Notes: a model not told the origin generated them from the letters alone. DNA of 33,195 bases from Thermoplasmatota archaeon (GCA_036795795.1 DAIRED010000001.1:1-33195), one strand, 5' to 3'. Shown: positions 1 through 8,458, counted from the first letter of the stretch. Made by a program: numbers and translations.

Positions 1-552
1 CCCTATGGCACGCTCGGTGGCCGCCCCGCGCACCCTGAGCCGCGCGACATCCGCCCTCATCGCGGGCAGCCGAAGCTCCGGCGCCATCCCCACGTACCTG
101 GAATAACCGCCGAAAATCTCGTCCGCGCCAGTTCCCGTGACGACTGCGCCCTCGACCGCTTCGCGGCAGACGAAAGCCATCGGCACCGCGACCGCGATTT
201 CTATCGGCGCTGGAGTCTTTATTGCGGATTCGACCCGTTTGGCCACATCGCGCAGGGAGGAGGATTTGATTTCGATGGTCGTCAACGGCAAAGAGAGCGC
301 TTCCGCGGCCTCGACAGCCGCCCTGATGTCGTGACAGCCAGGCTTCCCCGCGACGTACAGCGAAACATCGGTGACGCGTTTGCACAGCGCCGCCACCAGC
401 GAACTGTCCAGCCCTCCGGAGAATGCCACCGCAACGCGGCCGCGGCCATCTGTTAAATTCTCGCACGCGCGCGCGATTTTTTCTGCTATGAGCTCCGAGT
501 GTTCCGGGAACGGGTATCCAGCGTGCTTCTCAAGCCCAGCCTTGGATGGCAT
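1..552 (-). CDS. PP-loop ATP pyrophosphatase of the asparagine-synthetase-domain family (first 184 codons; 3' end lies beyond the window start)
   Basis: Not in the ORF track because no stop falls in the window. Hand translation of the minus strand from ATG 552-550 gives MPSKAGLEKHAGYPFPEHSELIAEKIARACENLTDGRGRVAVAFSGGLDSSLVAALCKRV...VVTGTGADEIFGGYSRY. The SGGLDS PP-loop is encoded at 403-420, and GADE..GGY is typical of AsnB-type domains. The frame stays open to position 1 (552 nt = 184 codons). The start overlaps the glyS 3' end by 23 nt. Confidence 0.7.
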   Translation of the reverse strand, partial: MPSKAGLEKHAGYPFPEHSELIAEKIARACENLTDGRGRVAVAFSGGLDSSLVAALCKRVTDVSLYVAGKPGCHDIRAAVEAAEALSLPLTTIEIKSSSLRDVAKRVESAIKTPAPIEIAVAVPMAFVCREAVEGAVVTGTGADEIFGGYSRYVGMAPELRLPAMRADVARLRVRGAATERAIG

Positions 553-2248
553 CCGTCCCCCTCTCGAGGAGCTCGCGCGCGGTTTTCGCGATTCCGTCGA
601 TCGGAACCCTGGCCTGCTTCTTCGAGTCCCTGTCGCGGACCGTGACGGCCTTGTCCTGGAGGGAGTCATAATCCAAAGTTATGCAGAACGGGGTGCCGAT
701 TTCATCCATTCTGGCATAGCGCCGGCCGATTGTGCCGCCGTCGTCGAATGATGTGGCGATTCCCGCGCGCCTGAGCTCCGCGTCCAGCTTTCCCGCCTCA
801 ACGTCGAGGCCATCCTTGGCCATCAGCGGGAAGACGCCGAACTTTATCGGTGCCACCCGGCTCGGCAGCCTCAGCACGGTGTAGTCGTCCTTCTCGAAAT
901 GCGCGTGCTCCATCACCGAGTAAAGTATCCTGTCCAGGCCGTACGACGGCTCGATGACGTGGGGCACGAACCTGCGCCCGTGGGCCGTCTCCTTGACGCG
1001 CTTAAGCTCGAAGCATTCCTTTGGAACCGTGATGTCCTTGCCGGCTACGTTCAGCTTCGCCGAGCCGTCCTTCTGGATTGCGGACGCCTCCGCCGTGGCG
1101 AGGGCCTCCTTGACCGCGCCAGCCTCCTTCTTGAAAAGCGGGCCGAGCTTCGCCGAAACCGGGACTAGCGCATCCCGCTCGGTCTCGACCGGCTTGTCGA
1201 AGCGCTCGAACGCCCTCAGGTCTGCGCCGGAGTGCTTGATGTGCTGCTCCAAATCGTACGAGCCGCGGTCGGCGATGCCGACGGCCTCCGTCCACCCGAT
1301 GGCCAGCTCGATTTCAGCGTCCCAGCAATCCGAAGCGTAATGGGCCATCTCGTCGCTCAAGTGCTGCCTGAAACGCAGGCGCTTGTCGTCTATGCCGACG
1401 TCGACGAGGAAGCGCTTCGTGAGCGCGACGAAGTAGGCCAGCGCCTCGTTCTTTATGACGCCGTTCTCGACCGCTTCCGAGACGGAGATGGACAAATCCT
1501 TTCCGTCCTGGGGCACGAGGTGCAACGTGTCCGCCGCCACGTCCTTGAAGCGCGGCCACGTCTTCGCGTCGGGCCTGACGAAGACCTCGGCCTCCATCAT
1601 GTTGAACTCCCTGAGCCGGATCATGCCCTGCCTGGGGGATATCTCGTTGCGGAAGCCCTTTCCCACCTGGACCGCGCCGAACGGCAGGTCGTCGCGGAAG
1701 TACCGGTAGAGCGAGCTGAAGTTGAAGAACATCGCCTGCGCCGTCTCCGGCCGCAGGTAGCCGACGCGCCCGGAGCCTGGGCCAATCTTCGTCTGGAACA
1801 TCAGGTTGAATGTGTAAGGCGCGCCCAGCTTGCCCTTGCACGACGGGCACGCGACGTCGTGCTCCTTGATGGCCGTAGCGAGCGCCTCCGCCTCTAGCGA
1901 ATCCGGGTTGGGGACCTTCCCTTCCAAGAGATGGTCGGCCCTGAACGCCTCCTTGCACCCCTCGCACTGGACGGCGAAATCGGAGAACTCGGCGACGTGC
2001 CCGGAGGCGATGAAAACCGCTTCGGGCGACACGTTGGGGGAATCTATCTCGGCGAAGCCCTCGCCCAGAACGTACAGACGGCGCCAGTGGTCGGCGATGT
2101 TCCTCTTCAGCGCCGTCCCGAGTGGGCCGTAGTCGTACATCCCCGCCACGCCGCCGTAAATCTCGTATGCGGGATGGAAGAATCCCCTGCGCTTGGCGAG
2201 CGCCATCAGCCTGTTTTCCTCCACTTTCTCACCCTCCACCTGCGCCAC
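530..2248 (-). CDS. glyS: Glycine--tRNA ligase (archaeal/eukaryotic-type class II GlyRS)
   Basis: 572-aa ORF. The N-terminus LAKRRGFFHPAYEIYGGVAGMYDYGPLGTALKRNI, class II core motifs (FRNEISPRQGMIRLREF) and the C-terminal anticodon-binding region are typical of GlyRS. TGA stop. Confidence 0.95.
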   Translation of the reverse strand: MAQVEGEKVEENRLMALAKRRGFFHPAYEIYGGVAGMYDYGPLGTALKRNIADHWRRLYVLGEGFAEIDSPNVSPEAVFIASGHVAEFSDFAVQCEGCKEAFRADHLLEGKVPNPDSLEAEALATAIKEHDVACPSCKGKLGAPYTFNLMFQTKIGPGSGRVGYLRPETAQAMFFNFSSLYRYFRDDLPFGAVQVGKGFRNEISPRQGMIRLREFNMMEAEVFVRPDAKTWPRFKDVAADTLHLVPQDGKDLSISVSEAVENGVIKNEALAYFVALTKRFLVDVGIDDKRLRFRQHLSDEMAHYASDCWDAEIELAIGWTEAVGIADRGSYDLEQHIKHSGADLRAFERFDKPVETERDALVPVSAKLGPLFKKEAGAVKEALATAEASAIQKDGSAKLNVAGKDITVPKECFELKRVKETAHGRRFVPHVIEPSYGLDRILYSVMEHAHFEKDDYTVLRLPSRVAPIKFGVFPLMAKDGLDVEAGKLDAELRRAGIATSFDDGGTIGRRYARMDEIGTPFCITLDYDSLQDKAVTVRDRDSKKQARVPIDGIAKTARELLERGTDAIQGWA

Positions 2249-3284
2249 GGACCACGGTTGGCATCCCCGGGGCGACGAACGCCCTCGCGGGGTCGCCGCG
2301 GCCGCACGGAAGGGACGCGAATTCCGCTGCGTGCCCCTTCTTAATCCTTAACCCTGGCTCCAGATTTAATACTTTCCTCGGGGCGGAAATCGCGATGCGG
2401 AGGATTTCGTCCTGGGTCAGGCTTTTCTGCGCCTTTGCGAGGAACCTCGCCTCCGCGACCAGGTCGGGTCTCGAGAGCATCGCGTTGTCGGTGCCGAGCG
2501 CCACCTCGATTCCGGCGTCCAGCATGCGCCGCACGTGGGGTTCGAATCCGAAGAATGCGTTGCTCCGCGGGCAGACGACGACAGGTATCCCCGCCTCGGC
2601 GCATTCGCTCATGTCCCGCCCGCTCGCCTTCGCCATGTGGACGACGAACGCCGGCTTCAGCTCGGCCACGCGCCCGAACGGCTCGCGGGCGCGCTCGCTC
2701 GCGTGTATCGCGAACGGCTTGCGAGCCCTCCTGGCCATCTCGGAAATCGCCAGGAGGTCGTCCCGCTTCCATTCGGATATCGACGACAGGCCTATGCCGT
2801 CCGCGACCTTCAGCAGATTGGCGACTTCCGTCTTGTCGAGATTCAATCCCGCTGGCCGCCCCAGTATCGTGGGCGTAACCCCGCGGCGCTTGGCGGCGCG
2901 CTTCAGGGCTGCGGCGCCCTCCGCGCCACCTTCCCTGAAGTCCGCGAAGGCGCACGTCCCGGTCCGGGCCATCTCCGCGACTGCGCGGGCCATCCCCGAT
3001 TCCACACGCTTCGGCGAGGCCTTGGCTAGCATCCGGAACTTGTAACCGCTTGGAGGGGCGACGATATCTTCGACCGTGCCTTTCGGCACCTTTCGAATGA
3101 AGGCGTCTCCGAGGTGGGTGTGGGCGTTGGCCAGAAGAGGAAAAACGATGCGCGTTTTCTTGATTTCGCCGGGATGCGGGGTGAAGACCTCGACGACCTT
3201 TCCCCCTTCGACGGAAAAGCCCCCTTCGACGAACTCTTCGCCGTCGAATATCCAAGGACCGTAGGTGCGCGCCACGGACCTCAA
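2229..3284 (-). CDS. Amidohydrolase-superfamily metal-dependent hydrolase (chlorohydrolase/deaminase-like)
   Basis: 351-aa ORF with the HxH metal motif (LLANAHTHLGD), later FAIHASE and GTDN motifs, and an N-terminal beta-sandwich-like segment. It overlaps the glyS start by 20 nt. The track start at 3284 is TTG; GTG at 3275 fits a leaderless start about 26 nt from the TATA-like element. Confidence 0.8.
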   Translation of the reverse strand: MRSVARTYGPWIFDGEEFVEGGFSVEGGKVVEVFTPHPGEIKKTRIVFPLLANAHTHLGDAFIRKVPKGTVEDIVAPPSGYKFRMLAKASPKRVESGMARAVAEMARTGTCAFADFREGGAEGAAALKRAAKRRGVTPTILGRPAGLNLDKTEVANLLKVADGIGLSSISEWKRDDLLAISEMARRARKPFAIHASERAREPFGRVAELKPAFVVHMAKASGRDMSECAEAGIPVVVCPRSNAFFGFEPHVRRMLDAGIEVALGTDNAMLSRPDLVAEARFLAKAQKSLTQDEILRIAISAPRKVLNLEPGLRIKKGHAAEFASLPCGRGDPARAFVAPGMPTVVRGAGGG

Positions 3285-3291
3285 ATCGCCT

Positions 3292-3315
3292 GATTGGTAT
3301 TAAATCTCACCAATC
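3292..3315 (-). promoter_or_regulatory. Candidate promoter/operator: 7-bp inverted repeat GATTGGT/ACCAATC flanking a TATA-like ATTTAAT
   Basis: gattggt (3292-3298), attaaatctc, accaatc (3309-3315). The AT-rich core lies about 26 nt upstream of the GTG at 3275 of the amidohydrolase gene. Confidence 0.35.
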
Positions 3316-3334
3316 CGGCGGGAGCGGTGCTGGC

Positions 3335-3679
3335 TCACCTGTACGTCGAGAATTTCAGCAGCAGGTCCGCAATCCTGTCCGCGACATCGCGCGTCAGGAC
3401 GCCCTCGTCGATCTTGACCTGCACGAAGTCCAGGGCCTCGTTCACGTCCAGCTTGTCGGCCTTGGCGATGAGCGAGCCCTTGAGTGTTCCGCGCTGATTC
3501 TCCGGAAGCGTCAGTATAATCTGGTTGAGCTCCCACTTGAACTCGGTTATGCGCTTGAGGTTCAACCTGCGCTTTCTGACCGCCTGAACCTTCCTCGGTT
3601 GGTACCGGTCGTTGCGTCCCGGGCCGGTGCCCCTCCCGCCGCGCCTGAACGGGCGCCTGGGTGGTGGTCCGGGTGTCAA
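3335..3679 (-). CDS. Conserved-looking hypothetical domain preceded by an RGG-rich basic linker; either TTG-initiated or the C-terminal half of a frameshifted gene
   Basis: Only the C-terminal ~115 codons of the 232-aa track ORF look coding: TPGPPPRRPFRRGGRGTGPGRNDRYQPRKVQAVRKRRLNLKRITEFKWELNQIILTLPENQRGTLKGSLIAKADKLDVNEALDFVQVKIDEGVLTRDVADRIADLLLKFSTYR. TTG at 3679-3677 overlaps the upstream TGA (TTGA). Confidence 0.5.
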   Translation of the reverse strand: MTPGPPPRRPFRRGGRGTGPGRNDRYQPRKVQAVRKRRLNLKRITEFKWELNQIILTLPENQRGTLKGSLIAKADKLDVNEALDFVQVKIDEGVLTRDVADRIADLLLKFSTYR

Positions 3680-4035
3680 ATGCCACCCCGCGGGTCTTTT
3701 AGAATGTCCCTGTCCCTGGACGCGCGCACCAGTATGTGCGGCTCGTCCCGGTGGGACATGAACTCTTCGAACGATATGTTTGGCGCGACCTCGCGCATCA
3801 GGTGGAACGCCGCCACGTCGGCGTTGGTCGTGGAAAGGTACCTGCCAGAAGGCAGCCCGACGAGCTCGCCGCGGTCGACCATCGCCGTCAGGGTCGCCTT
3901 GAGCGCTGGCTCGCCGATGGAGAGCTTGCGGAGGGCCTGGGCCGCAGTGAAAGGCTCGTCCCTGTGCGTGGATGCGAACTCCTTGATCAACGTCTCGGCG
4001 TCTACCATCGGCCGTTGATAGTGCTGGGGGCACAT
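3676..4035 (-). CDS. Winged-helix DNA-binding-like hypothetical protein
   Basis: 119-aa ORF with balanced composition. The segment FTAAQALRKLSIGEPALKATLTAMVDRGELVGLPSGRY fits an HTH plus wing. ATG at 4035, alternative ATG at 4008. Confidence 0.65.
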   Translation of the reverse strand: MCPQHYQRPMVDAETLIKEFASTHRDEPFTAAQALRKLSIGEPALKATLTAMVDRGELVGLPSGRYLSTTNADVAAFHLMREVAPNISFEEFMSHRDEPHILVRASRDRDILKDPRGGI

Positions 4036-4148
4036 AAACCTTTAGGTTGGCTGCCCAGTCGCATCGACGCTGCGTGCAATGCCAGATGCGTGCGACATCG
4101 CCCTCGCGCGGGATTCGAGAAGCCCCTAATCAGCTGAACACCAGATTC

Positions 4149-4937
4149 TCAGCGTATCGACCTCGCGACCAGTTTGGCGGCCTTTTCCCCGGACAGGAGC
4201 ATGCCGCCGAATATCGGCCCCATCCTAGGGGCGCCGTAGACGGCGTTGGCAGCCATCCCAGCGACGAACAGGCCGGGGTAGACCTCCTTGGTATTCTCGA
4301 CTACGGTCCGCTCGCCGACATCGGCCCACATAGATTTTTCCCCCTCTATCTGTCCAGACGGCGTGTTCAGTCTGCCGACCTTGCGATGGACTATCTTGCA
4401 GACCTCGGCGGCGTGCCCGGTGGCGTCGACGATGGCCTTCGAGCCCACCGTCAGCGGGTCGACGTGCAGGCCCGCTATCTCGATGGCCGACCAGTTTATC
4501 ACCGCGCCATCGATCCTTTTGCCCCCGCGTACCATCACGTCCTCGATGGAGATCGCGTTGAAGATGCGGGCGCCCGCGTCGATGGCCCCGGCGCAAAGCT
4601 TGCAGACCGCCTCGACGGAGTCGGCCGTGTAATAGCCGCCGGTGGTCTTCTGTATCTTCACTCCGACCTCTTCTAGGATGCGCTTGCTTTCTTTCTGTAC
4701 GACGACGACGGGGAAGGTCATGCCGCCCCCCCACATCCCTCCGCCCGGAGAAAGTCTGCGCTCGTAGACGTTGACCATGAAACCTTCCTGTGCGAGCCTC
4801 ATGGCGGCCACGAGCCCCGCCGGGCCAGCTCCCGCCACTATCGCGTCCGACTGCAGACGCCCTAGGAACTCCCTGTTGAACCGCTCCACAATCGCTCTCG
4901 TGACCTCGATGTCGTCGATTCCTGCCATGTCGCTCAC
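4149..4937 (-). CDS. thi4: Thiamine thiazole synthase (Thi4 family)
   Basis: 262 aa with the dinucleotide-binding motif IVAGAGPAGLVAAMRLA followed by ERRLSPGGGMWGGGMTF, characteristic of Thi4. A GGTGA Shine-Dalgarno-like element lies upstream and a TATA-like ATTATAAA sits at 4948-4955. Confidence 0.93.
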   Translation of the reverse strand: MSDMAGIDDIEVTRAIVERFNREFLGRLQSDAIVAGAGPAGLVAAMRLAQEGFMVNVYERRLSPGGGMWGGGMTFPVVVVQKESKRILEEVGVKIQKTTGGYYTADSVEAVCKLCAGAIDAGARIFNAISIEDVMVRGGKRIDGAVINWSAIEIAGLHVDPLTVGSKAIVDATGHAAEVCKIVHRKVGRLNTPSGQIEGEKSMWADVGERTVVENTKEVYPGLFVAGMAANAVYGAPRMGPIFGGMLLSGEKAAKLVARSIR

Positions 4938-4959
4938 CTTTCCGTGATATTATAAATCG

Positions 4960-5583
4960 TCAATAGACCTTTCCGCACCTGATGCACTGGCGCTTCCCGT
5001 CCCCGCTGTCTATGAGCCTTCCGCCGCAGTCGGGGCACTCCTGCTGGACTTTCGGCTGCAAGGCCGGCGCCACATGCGACGGGGCGTACTGCGGCGGGGG
5101 CGGCGGCTGCGGCGTGTAAGGCGCAGGCTGCGGCGGCACGTCGAATGCGACCGTCGTCCCCGCCACCCGGTCCAGATAGCGCTGGCGGGGGTCGCCCTCC
5201 GTCAGGAACCCTATGAGAACGTCGAGCAGCAGCGCCACCCAGTATATCTTCGAGATGTTGCGCTTGAGCCCGCGGTCGAAGGTCATGGCGCCACTTATCG
5301 GGACGACGTGCAGCTTCATCATGCGCTTACCGATGGTCGAGCCGCGCGACGATTCCATCGCCGCGCTGTAGAAGACATAGACTAAGCCCCATATGAATGG
5401 AAAGACAGCGCTGGATACCCAGCCCACCAAGGCAAGTTCTGCGAAAATCATCAGCGGGATGCATCCAATCAGGGCGACGAGCCAAGTGATGAATGCATCG
5501 ATTATGGCCGCGACTACCCTGGACACCCAGTGGTCCTGGAGCCTCTGGTCTCCCGAAACGGCTTCCGCGGGCGTTTGCATCAT
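4960..5583 (-). CDS. RDD-family membrane protein with a Pro-rich linker and C-terminal zinc ribbon
   Basis: 207 aa. It has hydrophobic helices with an RDD-type layout (RVVAAIIDAFITWLV..., ...RQRYLDRVAGTTV), the linker PPQPAPYTPQPPPPPQYAP, and then CPDCGG...CIRCG. Confidence 0.8.
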   Translation of the reverse strand: MMQTPAEAVSGDQRLQDHWVSRVVAAIIDAFITWLVALIGCIPLMIFAELALVGWVSSAVFPFIWGLVYVFYSAAMESSRGSTIGKRMMKLHVVPISGAMTFDRGLKRNISKIYWVALLLDVLIGFLTEGDPRQRYLDRVAGTTVAFDVPPQPAPYTPQPPPPPQYAPSHVAPALQPKVQQECPDCGGRLIDSGDGKRQCIRCGKVY

Positions 5584-5652
5584 TTCCTCCGATTGCCTGG
5601 CGCATCCCTCATTGCCATCTGCGGATATAAAATGTCCGATTTCTGGGAACTG

Positions 5653-5660
5653 TTATATAT
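5653..5660 (+). promoter_or_regulatory. TATA-box-like element upstream of carbamate kinase
   Basis: ttatatat lies about 38 nt upstream of ATG 5695, in the divergent intergenic region shared with the RDD gene. Confidence 0.3.
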
Positions 5661-5694
5661 TAGGATGATTTTCCTCATCCCTTCGGAGCCCAAT

Positions 5695-6633
5695 ATGAAA
5701 ACCGCGGTCGTGGCGATAGGCGGAAACGCGCTCATCAAGAAAGGCCAGGAAGGCAACATCTACCAGCAGTTCGCGAACTCGCGCGAGACCTGCGCCAAGC
5801 TCATCGAGGTCGTGGAGATGGGCTACGATATCGTTCTGACGCACGGCAACGGACCCCAGGTCGGCGACTCTATACGGAGGCACGAGAACTCGAGGAAGAC
5901 CATCCCGCCGTACCCGCTGGGCGTCTGCGTCGCCGAGACGGTCGGAAGCATGGGCTACATGCTCCAGCAGACGATGCAGAACACCGCGAAGAAGTCCAAG
6001 GTCCGCAAGGACGTCGTGACAATCATCACCCAGGTCGTCGTCGACAGCAACGACCCGTCATTCGAAAAACCGACGAAGCCGATCGGCCAGTTCTTCTCGA
6101 AGGAGGACATCGATGAGATAGCCAAGAAGGAGAAATGGAGCGTCGTCGAGGACAGCGGCCGCGGCTGGCGCCGCGTGGTCCCCTCGCCCAAGCCCCTTAG
6201 GATAGTCGAAAAGGACACAATCAGGGATTTGCTGGAGAAGGGCAAGATTGTGATTGCCTGCGGCGGCGGCGGGCTGCCAGTGATAGAGCTCGAGAACGGG
6301 CTCCTCGACGGGGTCGAGGCGGTCGTCGACAAGGACTACGCGTCGTCGAAGCTGGCGCAGCAGCTGGGCATCGACGAGCTGGTCATCCTGACGGGGGTCT
6401 ACAAGGTCTCCGTCAACTTCGGCAAGCCCGACCAGGTCGACCTCGACGTGCTGACGGTCGGGGACGCGAAGCGATACCTGGCCGAGGGCCAGTTCCCGCC
6501 AGGCTCCATGGGTCCGAAGATAGAGGCGGCAATAGAATTCATCGAGAGCGGCGGGAAGCGCGCGATAATCGCAAGCCACGACAACCTCGTGGAGGCGATG
6601 CTGGGGAAGGCAGGGACGAGGATAGTCGCGTGA
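5695..6633 (+). CDS. arcC: Carbamate kinase
   Basis: The track ORF 5530..6633 was trimmed to ATG 5695. MKTAVVAIGGNALIKKGQEG...VLTHGNGPQVGD and CGGGGLPV are canonical carbamate kinase motifs. 312 aa. Confidence 0.92.
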   Translation: MKTAVVAIGGNALIKKGQEGNIYQQFANSRETCAKLIEVVEMGYDIVLTHGNGPQVGDSIRRHENSRKTIPPYPLGVCVAETVGSMGYMLQQTMQNTAKKSKVRKDVVTIITQVVVDSNDPSFEKPTKPIGQFFSKEDIDEIAKKEKWSVVEDSGRGWRRVVPSPKPLRIVEKDTIRDLLEKGKIVIACGGGGLPVIELENGLLDGVEAVVDKDYASSKLAQQLGIDELVILTGVYKVSVNFGKPDQVDLDVLTVGDAKRYLAEGQFPPGSMGPKIEAAIEFIESGGKRAIIASHDNLVEAMLGKAGTRIVA

Positions 6634-6668
6634 GCGAAAGTAAGAAATCCGCGCACGGTCCTTGAGGG

Positions 6669-7730
6669 TTGTTGAAGCTAGTACATTTCACAGAGAGGAA
6701 GACCTACACGATTGGGGAATACGACCTGGCTCGCGTGAAAGGCGAGCTTGCCGCAGATTCCCAGCGCCCGCTGAAGGGACCGTACGAGCTTCTTCGGACG
6801 GACGATTTCGTCGTCTACCAGGACAACCGCAGGACCCGATTTACCAGGGAGCTTATGACCAGACGCGCCGCCGCTCTTCTGGCCTCGATTTCAGGCGGGG
6901 AGACTAGGGTTTGCGGGATGGACGTTGTCGCCGGTGGTCAAAGATTCCACTTTGTCCCCTCGCTGGATAACAAAGACGAGATGGATTATTACGAAGGGGC
7001 GCACGATGCGAGAATCCTCACTCTCACGAGGACGCCGCTGGCGCCGTCTTTCAAGGCGGACCGGAAGACGCTGGACGCGTTCTACCGAGGCTACGCCTTC
7101 CCGCGGTGGTTTTCCCCGCTCATAAAGATGCGCCACTTCAGATTCCAAGCGCTCGACGGGACGTTCCGGTTCCAGTCTAGGCGATACTCGGACTCGAAGC
7201 ACAGCCCAGCGAGCAAGATGCTCTTCGACATGGGGAGGCCTGGCGACGCGGCCAAGTGCTACTTCAGCCTCGCGCGGATGCTCGACCCCAGGATGGAGGC
7301 GCGCGGAGCCGGAAGGCCCATCGACAGGGTCCTGGCGGTCTTCGACATCGACGCGGCGAAGGACCACCGCGAGCATCTCGTCGGAGAAGACGGAGTGTGC
7401 TCGCTCTGTTTGAAGGACGCTCGGACGAAAGCCGATAAGGCGCTCAGGGAGTTCCCAGACGCAACGGTGCTGTTCTCTGGCACGAAGGGCTTCCACATCC
7501 ATCTCGGCAGGGAGGTCGGCTCCGCCGAGTACCTGGCGATGTCGGATGCGTTGGGCGCGGCGGGCGCCCCGGTCGACGATTTCTCCTTCGAACGGTCCGG
7601 GAGAAGATGCCTAGACATGCACAGGATAATCAAGGTCCCCGGTACGGTCGATGCGGCGACTGGCTGCGTCGTGGGCGAGGGGGTCCATAGGCTCACGCTC
7701 GCCGACTCGTTCTCGTCAAATCCTTTTTAA
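6669..7730 (+). CDS. priS: Archaeo-eukaryotic primase (AEP) catalytic subunit, PriS-like, with an N-terminal extension of ~105-130 aa
   Basis: The order of motifs matches PriS: AFYRGY..RHFRF, YFSLARMLDP, motif I LAVFDIDAA (DID at 7344-7352), a Zn-knuckle-like HREH..CSLC, motif II LFSGTKGFHIHL (7476-7502) and motif III HRIIKVPGTVDAATG (7620-7646). The track start is TTG and the true start is uncertain (an in-frame ATG lies at 6981). The protein ends ~25 aa after motif III. Confidence 0.62.
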   Translation: MLKLVHFTERKTYTIGEYDLARVKGELAADSQRPLKGPYELLRTDDFVVYQDNRRTRFTRELMTRRAAALLASISGGETRVCGMDVVAGGQRFHFVPSLDNKDEMDYYEGAHDARILTLTRTPLAPSFKADRKTLDAFYRGYAFPRWFSPLIKMRHFRFQALDGTFRFQSRRYSDSKHSPASKMLFDMGRPGDAAKCYFSLARMLDPRMEARGAGRPIDRVLAVFDIDAAKDHREHLVGEDGVCSLCLKDARTKADKALREFPDATVLFSGTKGFHIHLGREVGSAEYLAMSDALGAAGAPVDDFSFERSGRRCLDMHRIIKVPGTVDAATGCVVGEGVHRLTLADSFSSNPF

Positions 7731-7788
7731 ACTCGCATCGGCATTCACCGTGCGTGAGCGGGAGACCGCGATGACCATGATACCATGC

Positions 7789-7897
7789 CTAACGTTGGCA
7801 AGCAACGTTAGTCACAGGTCATCAGGAGGCTTCGCCCCCAGATGGCCTGAATAACCCACCTGGGCGCCTTCACGGGTGCCCAGGTCCCTAAGCGGTG
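7789..7897 (+). other. Structured intergenic segment with two strong hairpins; no RNA family recognised
   Basis: Hairpin 1 is ctaacgtt-ggcaagc-aacgttag (8 bp, 7789-7811). Hairpin 2 is cctgggcgcc-ttcacg-ggtgcccagg (10 bp including one G-U, 7859-7884), enclosed by ccacc/ggtgg (7856-7860 and 7893-7897). Confidence 0.3.
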
Positions 7898-8023
7898 GAT
7901 AATATGGGACTATTCGATTTCCTTAAAAGCAAGCCATCGACGGAGCACAAACAGGCTCCACCAGTTCGGCGCAGAGAGCCCCTTAGGCCCTAGGGCGGGG
8001 ATCGGGTCGTTGAGCTCAGACGG

Positions 8024-8458
8024 ATGCCCAGGCGCAAGAGCCTTCTCGCTTTCGTGAACGACAACAGGTGGCACTTGGTCCGGAACAAGTTCAGCTACAA
8101 GTCGGCGGGGAAGAAGGCCCGCTGCAATAGGGCGGCCATCTACCATTTGATAAAGAGCAAGTATTTCTTATTCGCGATGTGCAACGAGATTAGAACGTAC
8201 TGCGGCGAACCGGTAAAGGGGAAAAACAGCCCTGCGCCACAGTGCGATGCGGTTGTCGCCGCGAACTTGAGAAGGCTCGCCTGCCCGACGGCCATCCTGG
8301 GCCTGCTGGCGCGCGTCATCGAGAAGGACGGGATGGAGAAGGCCCACGGAGTGCTGCGGTTCCTGGAGAGAGCCTACGCCAGCCCTGAAAAATACGCTGG
8401 CGACCTGTTGACTCTGGCAGACCGTTACAACATGGTCCCTCCGCCGCCAGTAGCGTGA
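8024..8458 (+). CDS. Hypothetical protein with an HTH-like segment
   Basis: 144-aa ORF with plausible composition. GKKARCNRAAIYHLIKSKY resembles an HTH recognition region. GC is lower than in the neighbours. An in-frame upstream ORF (ATG 7904) is separated from it by TAG 7991. Confidence 0.5.
   Translation: MPRRKSLLAFVNDNRWHLVRNKFSYKSAGKKARCNRAAIYHLIKSKYFLFAMCNEIRTYCGEPVKGKNSPAPQCDAVVAANLRRLACPTAILGLLARVIEKDGMEKAHGVLRFLERAYASPEKYAGDLLTLADRYNMVPPPPVA

Noticed and set aside
3300-4033. The 128-aa ORF 3300..3686 (-) and the N-terminal 115 residues of the 232-aa ORF 3335..4033 (-).
   Set aside because: Both have Arg/Gly/Pro/Gln-rich composition and overlap the better-supported 119-aa wHTH frame. 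Only the C-terminal part of the 232-aa frame looks coding.
7770-7850. A C/D-box sRNA or SRP-RNA-like element (atgaccatgata ... ctga; caggtcatcagg).
   Set aside because: There is no proper RUGAUGA C box, no terminal stem joining C and D boxes, and only a vague resemblance to the SRP helix-8 motif. It is retained only as an unclassified structured region.
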